This document shows positions 1 through 8,799 of a stretch of DNA of 27,755 bases, piece by piece. A model generated the notes under the pieces. It searched no databases and was not told the DNA's origin. It saw nothing but the letters and a program-made list of their open reading frames with translations. Made by a program: the position numbers and the translations under genes. This DNA comes from a virus (Duplodnaviria > Caudoviricetes), in IMG/VR virus record IMGVR_UViG_3300037634_002238, positions 1 to 27,755 of that record; one strand, given 5' to 3'. Positions within the stretch are counted from its first letter, which is position 1. Every line of letters starts with the position of its first letter.

Positions 1-1
1 T

Positions 2-337
2 GGCCCAGGAAAGAGAGCAAGAAGAGAGGCAATGACGAAAGCCTTCGGCAAGACAGGAGCGAAGCAGCTCTATGCGGGTTTAAAGGTCCGAAGCTTTGGC
101 AGGGCAATTGGCTGGGCACCTCTTCTCGTTATGGCTGGCAGTCTGGTTGCTAATATAGTTACCCAGCCTACTACAATGGATTCGGGTCCACCAGACAGAG
201 ACGAAACGTTAGGTGGAACATTCTATGATACATCAGTGGCGTACACACAGAGAAAGCGAGCACTACAGATGATCCACAATAGCCAATATGGAGGACGTTC
301 TGCATTTGGAAACGAAGCTAGCCATATGCATGGATAA
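2..337 (+). CDS. Hypothetical phage virion-associated protein, probably 5'-truncated by the window edge
   Basis: The frame is open from nt 2 through the ATG at 32 to the TAA ending at 337. It has a Gly/Ala hydrophobic segment (GRAIGWAPLLVMAGSLVANIV) and a conserved-looking C-terminus (YTQRKRALQMIHNSQYGGRSAFGNEA). It is co-oriented with the packaging genes. Confidence 0.7.
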   Translation, partial: GPGKRARREAMTKAFGKTGAKQLYAGLKVRSFGRAIGWAPLLVMAGSLVANIVTQPTTMDSGPPDRDETLGGTFYDTSVAYTQRKRALQMIHNSQYGGRSAFGNEASHMHG

Positions 338-358
338 AATAGGAATACAGAACTCTGA

Positions 359-685
359 ATGGCAAAGAAGAAACGCAGAGGAAGACCGAGACAGAAGAAA
401 AAGACAGTCAGAAAAAGACGCAGAAGAAGCTTCCGTGATCCAGTATACAAAGCGTGGCGAACAAAGGTGTTCAGAAGAGACCGCTATGAGTGTCAGATAT
501 GCGAACAGTCAGGTGGATCTCTACAGGCTCATCATATTAAGCCGGTATGTAAGTGGAGAGATCTAGAGCTAAGCGTTAAGAATGGCATTACTCTTTGTGA
601 GAAATGTCACGCTAAACTTCACAAAAAGATAGGTACTAGAGTAGATAGTGCTGAATATATAAAAGGAAAGACTGCTGAGCGATAA
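359..685 (+). CDS. HNH endonuclease (terminase-adjacent, HK97 gp74-like) with a basic N-terminal AT-hook-like tail
   Basis: W-R-x-x-V-F-x-R-D, CxxC, AHHIKP, N-G-I-T-L-CxxCH-xxx-H. AGGA SD at about 341. The N-terminus reads KKKRRGRPRQKKK. Confidence 0.92.
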   Translation: MAKKKRRGRPRQKKKTVRKRRRRSFRDPVYKAWRTKVFRRDRYECQICEQSGGSLQAHHIKPVCKWRDLELSVKNGITLCEKCHAKLHKKIGTRVDSAEYIKGKTAER

Positions 686-2663
686 CCAAGACATCACTAT
701 CTCAACGGATGACGAACCGGAATTTAAAGATTACAAGACCGATTATGGCCGTAGATATATAGGCGAAAGAGACTATATAGGGCGCGACTATGCTGCGTTT
801 GGAAACAGTCAGGACAGACACTTCTGTGAGACATGCACTCTCTATTATCACAGTCTAAACCAGATGGGTATTACAAATAGGTCGTTTATTCCGTCATGTA
901 AAATGGACATATCACTGACTGCCATGGAAGGCATCACAGAAGAAAGCTTCGAAGATCCAGATGACTTTCATTGGTATAAGATATACTCTGACCCAGTTAC
1001 CTTCGCTAAGGCGTTTCTTAACAATGACGCAGGGGATCCATGGGAACCAAGATGGTATCAGTCAGAGATGCTAAGATGTACGGCATTGAGGAAGGTAGTA
1101 CGGGCAGGAAGACGAAATGGCAAGAGCGAAGCAATGGCTGTCAAAATCTTATATCTCCTTTTTGTAAACAAAAACTTCCCAATACTCTTAGTGTGTCCAT
1201 ATCAAAGTCAAATAACTCGTGTATTCGACATCATGAGGCGCATGATAGGAAATTCGGACGAGTATGCAGCATCAGTAGTAAGAGACGTGAGCAATCCACA
1301 CATAATACAAATGGACAATGGTTCTGTCATAAGAGGGTTCTCTTCGGGAGCGAAGGCTGGAGCACAGTCTAATCAGATTCGTGGTCAGGACGCTAAGGCT
1401 GTGTTTCTTGATGAGGCCGACTATCTTGGAGATAGCGACCTAGAATCTGTAATGGCTATCCTTGCGTCTCACCCAGAATGTCAACTATGGGCGTCCAGTA
1501 CTCCCACTGGATCGCGTCGTAATTTTTTCAAATGGTGCACCGAGAAGAAATTAGGGTTTAAAGAGTTCCACTATGTAGCAGCAGAGTCCCCTAGCTGGGA
1601 TGAAGAAACCGAGGAGTTCTTCAAGGAATCGTATTCTACTATGGGATACTTAAGGGAGTTTCTTGCAGAGTTTGGTGAAGAGATGTCTGGTGTTTTTAAG
1701 AACTCTGACATTAATAGTAGTCTCTTAGATTATGAATATAAGAAATGTCGCCCCGCTGGTAGAGGCGCCAGATATGCAGTCGGAGTTGACTGGAACAAGA
1801 ACACTGGTACCCATATCGTAGTTACGGAGTGCGTCAAGGACACCGAAGGAGCTATTCATTACAAGGTAGTTGATAAGGTCATAATTGAGAAGCAGGAATT
1901 TGCTCAACACGCTGCTGTAAGAATGGTTATTGAAACGGTCCATAAATGGAATGCAGAGTGGTGCTATGTCGACGCCGGCTATGGCGATACTCAGATCGAA
2001 ATGCTACATAAGTTTGGAAAAGAGAACCCCAACACTAAGATGGACAGAATAGTTAAAGGTATTCAGATGGGGTCCAACATTATCATTCGTGATCCAGTTA
2101 CTGGAGAAGAAATAAAAAAACCAGCTAAGGCGTTTATGGTAGGCATCGCTGCTCGCCAGCTTGAATCAGGTAGATGCGTTCTTCCTAAAATAGAAGATAC
2201 TAACATGATCGTTAACACAGATGAGGACATGTCACAGGTTGTTGGTCTAGTACAGCAGATGCGGAATTTCCAAGTAACCAAAATATCTCCATCAGGTCAG
2301 CCTACGTTCAGTCAAGACTACGAACACACATTAACAGCATGGATGCTATCTCTCATGGCCTTCTATATGGAGCTAGGAGATGTATTGCGCTACCAGAGAC
2401 TGACTACCGTAGGTTATGCAGGAAGGATAGGAGAAAAGGCGTCATCTAAGTATTCTGAGATAAATAAAGAAGAGATAATAGAAGAAGCCAAGAAACTAAG
2501 GAAGAAACATACTCCTGCCCCAAGAGCTTTTGATACTTCACCATGGGGCAAAGACATAGAGACACGTACACGTAGGGACAGTAATATTAAAAAAATAGAG
2601 ACCCGAGACAGACAAAGAAATCCATTGAGACCGCGCAAACCAGGTGGGAGATCTAACTTCTAA
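675..2663 (+). CDS. terL: Terminase large subunit (track start 864; probable true start CTG 675)
   Basis: Walker A GRRNGKS, Walker B VFLDEAD, coupling motif SSTPTG, and RNase H-like GVDWN and YVDAGYG. The frame is open upstream to a TAA at 660-662, with AAGGA 7 nt before CTG 675. Confidence 0.95.
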   Translation: MSDNQDITISTDDEPEFKDYKTDYGRRYIGERDYIGRDYAAFGNSQDRHFCETCTLYYHSLNQMGITNRSFIPSCKMDISLTAMEGITEESFEDPDDFHWYKIYSDPVTFAKAFLNNDAGDPWEPRWYQSEMLRCTALRKVVRAGRRNGKSEAMAVKILYLLFVNKNFPILLVCPYQSQITRVFDIMRRMIGNSDEYAASVVRDVSNPHIIQMDNGSVIRGFSSGAKAGAQSNQIRGQDAKAVFLDEADYLGDSDLESVMAILASHPECQLWASSTPTGSRRNFFKWCTEKKLGFKEFHYVAAESPSWDEETEEFFKESYSTMGYLREFLAEFGEEMSGVFKNSDINSSLLDYEYKKCRPAGRGARYAVGVDWNKNTGTHIVVTECVKDTEGAIHYKVVDKVIIEKQEFAQHAAVRMVIETVHKWNAEWCYVDAGYGDTQIEMLHKFGKENPNTKMDRIVKGIQMGSNIIIRDPVTGEEIKKPAKAFMVGIAARQLESGRCVLPKIEDTNMIVNTDEDMSQVVGLVQQMRNFQVTKISPSGQPTFSQDYEHTLTAWMLSLMAFYMELGDVLRYQRLTTVGYAGRIGEKASSKYSEINKEEIIEEAKKLRKKHTPAPRAFDTSPWGKDIETRTRRDSNIKKIETRDRQRNPLRPRKPGGRSNF

Positions 2664-4699
2664 TGTCTTATCCATACGAAGACTTCTTTTATCAAGGCGA
2701 ACTAGAGTTTAGGCGCAAACGCGTACTCGACGATGTTACCGGTGACAGAGCAATACAGTTTGACGATGTGAACTTTAAGCAAGACGCATTAAGGAACATT
2801 TATAAAAACTTTGAACGAGTAAGCGACAAGGCCAACATTATTATGCAGGCGTCAGAGAAGGTTGCTCGCAAATATACCATTCCTGTTCCGGTAACTGCGA
2901 TAGAGGTTCGCAAGGCTGTAGCTAGACAAGACGACAACCAACCTAATGGTGATCTGATTAATTTTAGTCTTTTCATACGCATGGTGGACATCATAGAGGA
3001 CAGAGGTAAATCTGTAGATTTTAGTATTCTCAACGATCACGTTGCTGATCCTCTAGCTAATAGAAGAGATATACTACAGAAGATAGATAAGAGACTAAAG
3101 ACTGACGACCTGCTGCCATTCTATCTCTTCGGTGGTCAGCTGCTTATTTTGTATCTCATGAGTGAGATACAGGGAATGTTTAGGGCTCCAGACACGGCGC
3201 AGACTGGTGTCGACCCTGTAGGAGGTGGACCGGCGTCAGCGGCGGTTGCGATTAAGCAGTACATAGTTGGCATAGCCATAACTCTTGCAGTACTCGGGAT
3301 ACAGGAAGCTGTAAAGTACGTAATACAGATGATGGTTAATGATCCTGATCTTGACACTTCGTTCATGAACGATATAGAAGGAGACATAGGAGAGGCAAAA
3401 AGAAGGAACCTGTCCCCCCTAGTAAAGAAGGCTAAGAAGTTCATGGGTTTTGACGATTACGTCACGATAACTAGATATTGCATAAAGTATATATCCAAGA
3501 CGAACGAGAGAGGCTATGAGTTTTGGTTGTCATATTTTATGGCTAGAAAGATGAGATTTAAAGCTGGCATTAGGCTTGGCTTTAAGCACTTGTACGTATC
3601 AGACAGTGCACAGATAGATCCGAACGGCTCTTTTGTTAGAGATCCTGGTCAACCCCCGCCTGCAGGATCTAATATTGTTGCAGACATAGCTACCAATCTG
3701 GCGGCTAACGCTATAGACATAGCCATAACTGAGGTTCCGTTTAACTATGTATGTGCACGAGAGGAAGAAGTAACCTTCATGGAGAGGGGCTTAGACGCTT
3801 TGGCACAGATCTTAGACACGAAGCTTGCACGGGATGTCATATGTTGTTTAGTCGCTTTTCTCGGGAACGTAGACACCAAGATACTGTCGGCAATCAGAAC
3901 ACTTCTTAACGCCTACGTAAACATAAACATAGTCAACTTAGACTTAGCAATGACAAATATGTTGGACTTTCTTTTGTCATGGCTGAGGGACGCAATCTTA
4001 GAGATGATCTGGGCCTTGATTCAGATCTTATACGACAAGATAGTTCAGTTAGTTTTAGACTTCTTTGAGTCTCTAGGTTTAGATATGGATATCATCATAG
4101 AGTGTCCTTTAATCCTAGATCTAATATTAGCACTACTTGACGCCATTGATGATGTGCTCCAATTGCTTAACGATATAGTCGTGAAGTATGTGGAGATGAT
4201 TATGGATGAAATAGACGGCTTCTTTGGTCTAGACACGAATGGCTCAGATGAAGCAAAAAGCTCAACAGGCGCTCTTAATAATATATACATAAAGAAGCGT
4301 ATGAGGACTATACTATTACTGTTGGATCAAGTAGTGGGCGCCATAGAGAACAGTCTTAACTTTTGTTCGCAACAAGAGTTTGAGGGGCTATCACCAAAAG
4401 AGCAGGAAAACTTTATCACATTCGAGTCTATAGTCGACTCTCCTGCAGTTAAAGATTTAGACGATTACTTAGACATAGACTATAGTCTAAAAGAGACACA
4501 CTTTCCTAATGCAGGTAGAATCGAACTATCTGACGGAAGAATTATACCCTCTTACGATAAGGGGGAACTAACCATTGGCGATGGTAATCCATCAGCTGAA
4601 GGTGGACTGAACAGTTGTTTTGATCTTTTGGGAGGTATCAGAAGATCAACGTTAAACGCTATTAGCAGAGCCGAAGGAGGCGTAAATGAGTTGGGTTGA
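2663..4699 (+). CDS. Large hypothetical helical/hydrophobic protein between terminase and portal
   Basis: 678-aa ORF. TAATG overlap with terL, and it also overlaps the portal start. It has long hydrophobic and amphipathic helical stretches and no recognised catalytic motif. Confidence 0.85.
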   Translation: MSYPYEDFFYQGELEFRRKRVLDDVTGDRAIQFDDVNFKQDALRNIYKNFERVSDKANIIMQASEKVARKYTIPVPVTAIEVRKAVARQDDNQPNGDLINFSLFIRMVDIIEDRGKSVDFSILNDHVADPLANRRDILQKIDKRLKTDDLLPFYLFGGQLLILYLMSEIQGMFRAPDTAQTGVDPVGGGPASAAVAIKQYIVGIAITLAVLGIQEAVKYVIQMMVNDPDLDTSFMNDIEGDIGEAKRRNLSPLVKKAKKFMGFDDYVTITRYCIKYISKTNERGYEFWLSYFMARKMRFKAGIRLGFKHLYVSDSAQIDPNGSFVRDPGQPPPAGSNIVADIATNLAANAIDIAITEVPFNYVCAREEEVTFMERGLDALAQILDTKLARDVICCLVAFLGNVDTKILSAIRTLLNAYVNINIVNLDLAMTNMLDFLLSWLRDAILEMIWALIQILYDKIVQLVLDFFESLGLDMDIIIECPLILDLILALLDAIDDVLQLLNDIVVKYVEMIMDEIDGFFGLDTNGSDEAKSSTGALNNIYIKKRMRTILLLLDQVVGAIENSLNFCSQQEFEGLSPKEQENFITFESIVDSPAVKDLDDYLDIDYSLKETHFPNAGRIELSDGRIIPSYDKGELTIGDGNPSAEGGLNSCFDLLGGIRRSTLNAISRAEGGVNELG

Positions 4700-6755
4700 T
4701 ACACTACTGGGTTCAGTGGGTATCCAGAGAATTTCTAAGGTACAGGAAAAAACCGAAGACCTTAGAGCTGACATTGGAGAGCCTGAGAACCGAACACCAG
4801 ATAGAATAATCAAAGTTAAGCGACGTCCAAGGTCGAGTGTTTTATCCTATGAGGTTGGTTCGTCAAACATAGGTCGTAATTCTAATAACTTTAGACCACC
4901 AATGCATGACCTGCTTGAAGTGGCAAGAGCTATAGATACTGAGGCGTATTTGGCAAGATCTATACAGAAGCATAGGGAGTTTATTCTTAAAGAAGGATAC
5001 ACTTTTCACGGAAAAGACCCCGAAACAGTAGAGTACATTAGAAATCGCATGAGAGAGTTTGAGCTAATTAGCGGAATAACTACAGAGGAATGGATCAGAG
5101 AGTCTGTTACTAATCTGGTTAGTTATCATAATCTTTTTCTTGTGCTTAAGAGAGAGATAGACAAATCTACAGGCAGACCTATTCGACTACACGGAAGAAG
5201 GCTGGACCCAATTGCTGGAATATTCCCTATGGATCCTACGTCTGTATATGTCGAGCAGAACAAGTCAGGTCGCCCAGTAAGATGGAAGCAAAGTATAGAC
5301 AACGGAGGCAGGACGAAGGTTCACAATGCCGTAGATATATGTCATGCAGCTATAGATAAAAAGACTGGCTTTGTTTTTGGCACACCATACTGTATCCCAG
5401 TGCTGGATGATATTAGATCACTAAGGCGCTTAGAGGAGTTGGCAGAGTTAGTTACTCATAAGCATCTTTTTCCATTGTTCCACTATAAGGTTGGCAATGA
5501 AAAGAGGCCAGCTGACATGGTCGAGCTACCTGACGGAACTTTGATTGACGAGGTTGATATAGTCAAGTCTCAGGTTGAGGAGATGCCTACAGAGGGTGGA
5601 ATAGTCACCTCTGAGAGACACGAGATCAAACTTATAGGTTCAGAGGGACTAGTTTTAAATATAGACCCATACATTAAACATTTTGAGGCTAGAGTACTCG
5701 GCGGTCTGAGACTGTCGGGTGTTGACCTAGGACGTGGAGACACTTCTAATAGAGGTACGGCCACAACGATGAGCAAGAACCTAGTTGATGCCGTGAAAGA
5801 TTATCAGTGCGTCTTGTCCGACCAGATAACGGCGAAGATATTAGATATCTTGGTCTTAGAGGGTGGCTTTGATCTGACCGAAGAGACTCGAGTCCGTTTA
5901 GTGTTCCCGTCAGCAGACAGAGAAGAGATGAGAGCTCATGAGACTCAAGGACTTCTACTGTTCCAGGGGAATGCGATAACTCTAAAAGAACTCAGAAACG
6001 AGTACCTACAGAAGGACGAGCTCAGCGACGAAGAGGTAAAAGATACCAGCTTTGAACTGTTTACTAAGACCATGGGCTTACTCAATAGCAAAAACGAGGA
6101 CGATCAGGCAACCGAGTCTACCGTAACGAACAAGTCACAGCCAGAGAACCAGCAAGGAGTCATGCAGACGAAGCCTAAGATATCTAAAAACGATACCTAT
6201 ATTGCGGGCATAGCTGGAATATGGAGAGAATGTCGTCAGCACATTGTAAGAGGTAAAGGGTTCGATAATTTTAGTGCTTCTCTTAATTCCTTTATAGATG
6301 AGGCTATGGATTATGCTAAGCCTCACGTTCATCTTGAAATCGACAAAGGCGTTTCAAAGGCCAAAACAGATTGCAAATCAAGCGATTCGTTCCTCCCAAG
6401 TAAGTCTTATGATATTTTCTTAATTAAAACATTAAAAAATGATTTCACAAAAATAAACCGTAAGGCTACAATATTACTCAATGAACTCACTTATGACAGC
6501 GCCAGCATCACTGGCCTGTTTGATTCTCTGGAAACAGAGATTAAGTTTATGTGCGATAGACATCTAAAGGTGGCTTTCAGATTTGGTTATGCACAGTCGG
6601 CATTAAAGGCTGGCTATAACGTGCTCAGGATTTCTTCTAACGCAGATGACACTACAGTTAAGGTTGATCTTAGAGAAGCGTCCTTCAAGGACCTCTATTT
6701 AAATTTGGTGGAGGATTCTGAGATTAAGTGCACAAAGGAAGTAGAACATGAGTAA
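4686..6755 (+). CDS. Portal protein with C-terminal extension
   Basis: AAGGAGG SD. It lies between the terL region and the protease. Portal-like motifs: AIDTEAYLARSIQK, FGTPYCIPVLDDIRSLRRLEE, PLFHYKVG, LGRGDTSNRGTA. Confidence 0.88.
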   Translation: MSWVDTLLGSVGIQRISKVQEKTEDLRADIGEPENRTPDRIIKVKRRPRSSVLSYEVGSSNIGRNSNNFRPPMHDLLEVARAIDTEAYLARSIQKHREFILKEGYTFHGKDPETVEYIRNRMREFELISGITTEEWIRESVTNLVSYHNLFLVLKREIDKSTGRPIRLHGRRLDPIAGIFPMDPTSVYVEQNKSGRPVRWKQSIDNGGRTKVHNAVDICHAAIDKKTGFVFGTPYCIPVLDDIRSLRRLEELAELVTHKHLFPLFHYKVGNEKRPADMVELPDGTLIDEVDIVKSQVEEMPTEGGIVTSERHEIKLIGSEGLVLNIDPYIKHFEARVLGGLRLSGVDLGRGDTSNRGTATTMSKNLVDAVKDYQCVLSDQITAKILDILVLEGGFDLTEETRVRLVFPSADREEMRAHETQGLLLFQGNAITLKELRNEYLQKDELSDEEVKDTSFELFTKTMGLLNSKNEDDQATESTVTNKSQPENQQGVMQTKPKISKNDTYIAGIAGIWRECRQHIVRGKGFDNFSASLNSFIDEAMDYAKPHVHLEIDKGVSKAKTDCKSSDSFLPSKSYDIFLIKTLKNDFTKINRKATILLNELTYDSASITGLFDSLETEIKFMCDRHLKVAFRFGYAQSALKAGYNVLRISSNADDTTVKVDLREASFKDLYLNLVEDSEIKCTKEVEHE
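6444..6472 (+). promoter_or_regulatory. Candidate sigma70-type promoter inside the portal gene
   Basis: TTCACA (6444-6449), 17-nt spacer, TACAAT (6467-6472). Each hexamer is a 5/6 match to consensus. An A/T tract lies upstream (6401-6460 has 11/60 GC). Confidence 0.5.
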
Positions 6756-8787
6756 TATGCTATACCTGAGAGACTTTGTTACGTTCAACGAAAAGCCTCG
6801 TATATTCAGTGATGCCCTTAATCTATTAGAAGATAGCGCTATCGGGGCAACTCCCGGTATGGGTGTCGTAGCCGATATCCGCGCCACACATAGTGGATAC
6901 CTTCTCAATAGGCGAGTATATCCTGGCACGAACATGAAGAGAAGCGTTGACACTTGGTGTTCACCAGAGCACGGAGGTAGCGCTGCCTACGATAAGCCAA
7001 TTCTAGTTCATCACAGAGCACAAGATGGAGGCCCGTTCGGTGGCGGCAGTGAAGCCTGTGACCCTATTGGTAGAGTTGTCGGAGCAACATATACGCAACT
7101 ATCAGATGATACAGACTTCGTCAACGACTGGAAGAGACCTGCTACTAGTCATGACGACCTAGGCTCTGGCTATATAATGCTGAAAGCAATGATCACTGAT
7201 CCAGATGCCGCTGCAAAAGTGCTAGATAGACGCTACGATACCGTAAGCACAGGTCAACGTACAGATTCAGCTAGATGTTCTATTTGTGGTAACGATTGGC
7301 TAAATGATTCTCAAGACGACGATGACGAGTGCGAACATGTGCCCGGCAAGTCTTATGAAGCTAACGACACAACCTACCTATGTTACATGGTGTCAGGGAA
7401 TTTGACATATGACGAATGTAGCTATGTGAACCTTCCAGCACAGCCTAATGCAAGAAATTTAAACGTGTCTTACTGTGCACTTACCGAGGCTAAGCAAGGC
7501 AATGGAAGCGCAGACAGGCCGTTAATTACAATGCAGACACAGGGTGCATATGATTCGCTATCTCTTAGCGATGGCGATAACAGTGTATCTTTGTTGATAC
7601 CCGATGGCGGACATGACGTAATCCCAGATGAGGCCGTAAAGCTTCTAAAGAAAAGGATGTACGCGATTAGTCCCGCATATAATACTAAAAGTAATGTTAA
7701 GGAAAACATTAAGACCACATCCAAGGCCGATCAAAGGATATCAGAATCTCGGCAAGACGCTAGTCAGTCCGACGATACTGGGGGTCAGGACTCTAGTGGG
7801 GTGCAAACCACTAAGGGAACTGAGGATCCCGTTTCCATGGATGAGCATGTAGACTATGACCAATTCGCTCTTATGCACATTGCAAAAACTATTATGGATA
7901 ATAATCTTCTCGATGACCGTGAAGATTGTGACTGTGAGTTTATGTCAGATGACATAAGAGACTTTGCAGCCGAATACGCTATGACAGAGGCAAAATTGTC
8001 TACTGCACAGCGTAAGAAGCTTAAGTCGTCTACGTTTTGTGGTCCGGGCAGGAGTTTTCCTGTACCTGACTACGCTCATGTAACTGCTGCCAGGCGCCTT
8101 TTGGGTCGAGCAAAGCTAAGTTCCGAGGCTAAATCTCGGGTCAGAGCTTGTGTAGAACGCAAAAGTGAAAAGCTGGGGTGCAGTTCCACAGAGGATGGTC
8201 TGATCACTAAGGAGAAAGTTATGAGTGAAGAGACTGCAATTACTGAAGAGGTCGAGACTGAGGAAGTTATAGACACTTCTGAAGAGAAGAGCGAGACAGT
8301 AATGGTGGAGACTTCGGCACTTAACGATGCTCTTGCTACGGTGACGCAGGCTAAGAAGGACCTAGAGGAAAAGCATGGTAAGCTCCAATCGACACTAGAC
8401 ACAAAGGTAAAACTTTGCGAAAAGCTGACAGAAGAGAATGCTGAACTTAAGGCCTCAATGGTTCGTTCTGCTGCGACACAGCTAGCTATTTCCAGAATTA
8501 ACCTCGGAAAGCCTGGCACCGTTGGCATCGACTCAAGAAAGAAATTTAGCGGTTACGTTGAAGATCTTTGCAAGAGGACATTAGACTCTTTGACCGATGC
8601 AAACGCGGACCTGGTTCCCGAGCTGGATATGTTAGCACGTAACAAGTCTTCGGCTCGAAGCTCTCTACTACTTGACAAAAAGGTAGAGAACCCTGTTGAA
8701 AACAGGGACGAAAGCGAAAGAACGCCTGACTCAATGGGAAGCGATAAAGCACCCAAGACGAAGGCTGAAGTTCTGGATCAACTATAG
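6748..8787 (+). CDS. Prohead maturation protease fused to a DUF6582-like domain and a coiled-coil scaffold
   Basis: ATHSG..NRRVY, KPILVHH, PIGRV, YDTVSTG, CSICG..CEH and ECSYVNLPA are HK97/herpes-fold protease-like motifs. They are followed by an acidic linker, KLSTAQRKKLKSSTFCGPGRSFPVPDYAHV, and a heptad-rich C-terminus. Confidence 0.87.
   Translation: MSNMLYLRDFVTFNEKPRIFSDALNLLEDSAIGATPGMGVVADIRATHSGYLLNRRVYPGTNMKRSVDTWCSPEHGGSAAYDKPILVHHRAQDGGPFGGGSEACDPIGRVVGATYTQLSDDTDFVNDWKRPATSHDDLGSGYIMLKAMITDPDAAAKVLDRRYDTVSTGQRTDSARCSICGNDWLNDSQDDDDECEHVPGKSYEANDTTYLCYMVSGNLTYDECSYVNLPAQPNARNLNVSYCALTEAKQGNGSADRPLITMQTQGAYDSLSLSDGDNSVSLLIPDGGHDVIPDEAVKLLKKRMYAISPAYNTKSNVKENIKTTSKADQRISESRQDASQSDDTGGQDSSGVQTTKGTEDPVSMDEHVDYDQFALMHIAKTIMDNNLLDDREDCDCEFMSDDIRDFAAEYAMTEAKLSTAQRKKLKSSTFCGPGRSFPVPDYAHVTAARRLLGRAKLSSEAKSRVRACVERKSEKLGCSSTEDGLITKEKVMSEETAITEEVETEEVIDTSEEKSETVMVETSALNDALATVTQAKKDLEEKHGKLQSTLDTKVKLCEKLTEENAELKASMVRSAATQLAISRINLGKPGTVGIDSRKKFSGYVEDLCKRTLDSLTDANADLVPELDMLARNKSSARSSLLLDKKVENPVENRDESERTPDSMGSDKAPKTKAEVLDQL
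8221..8787 (+). CDS. Putative nested in-frame scaffolding protein (188 aa)
   Basis: TAAGGAG at 8208-8214 precedes an in-frame ATG at 8221 (MSEETAITEEVETEE..., acidic then coiled coil). Confidence 0.6.
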   Translation: MSEETAITEEVETEEVIDTSEEKSETVMVETSALNDALATVTQAKKDLEEKHGKLQSTLDTKVKLCEKLTEENAELKASMVRSAATQLAISRINLGKPGTVGIDSRKKFSGYVEDLCKRTLDSLTDANADLVPELDMLARNKSSARSSLLLDKKVENPVENRDESERTPDSMGSDKAPKTKAEVLDQL

Positions 8788-8799
8788 GAGAACTGAAAA

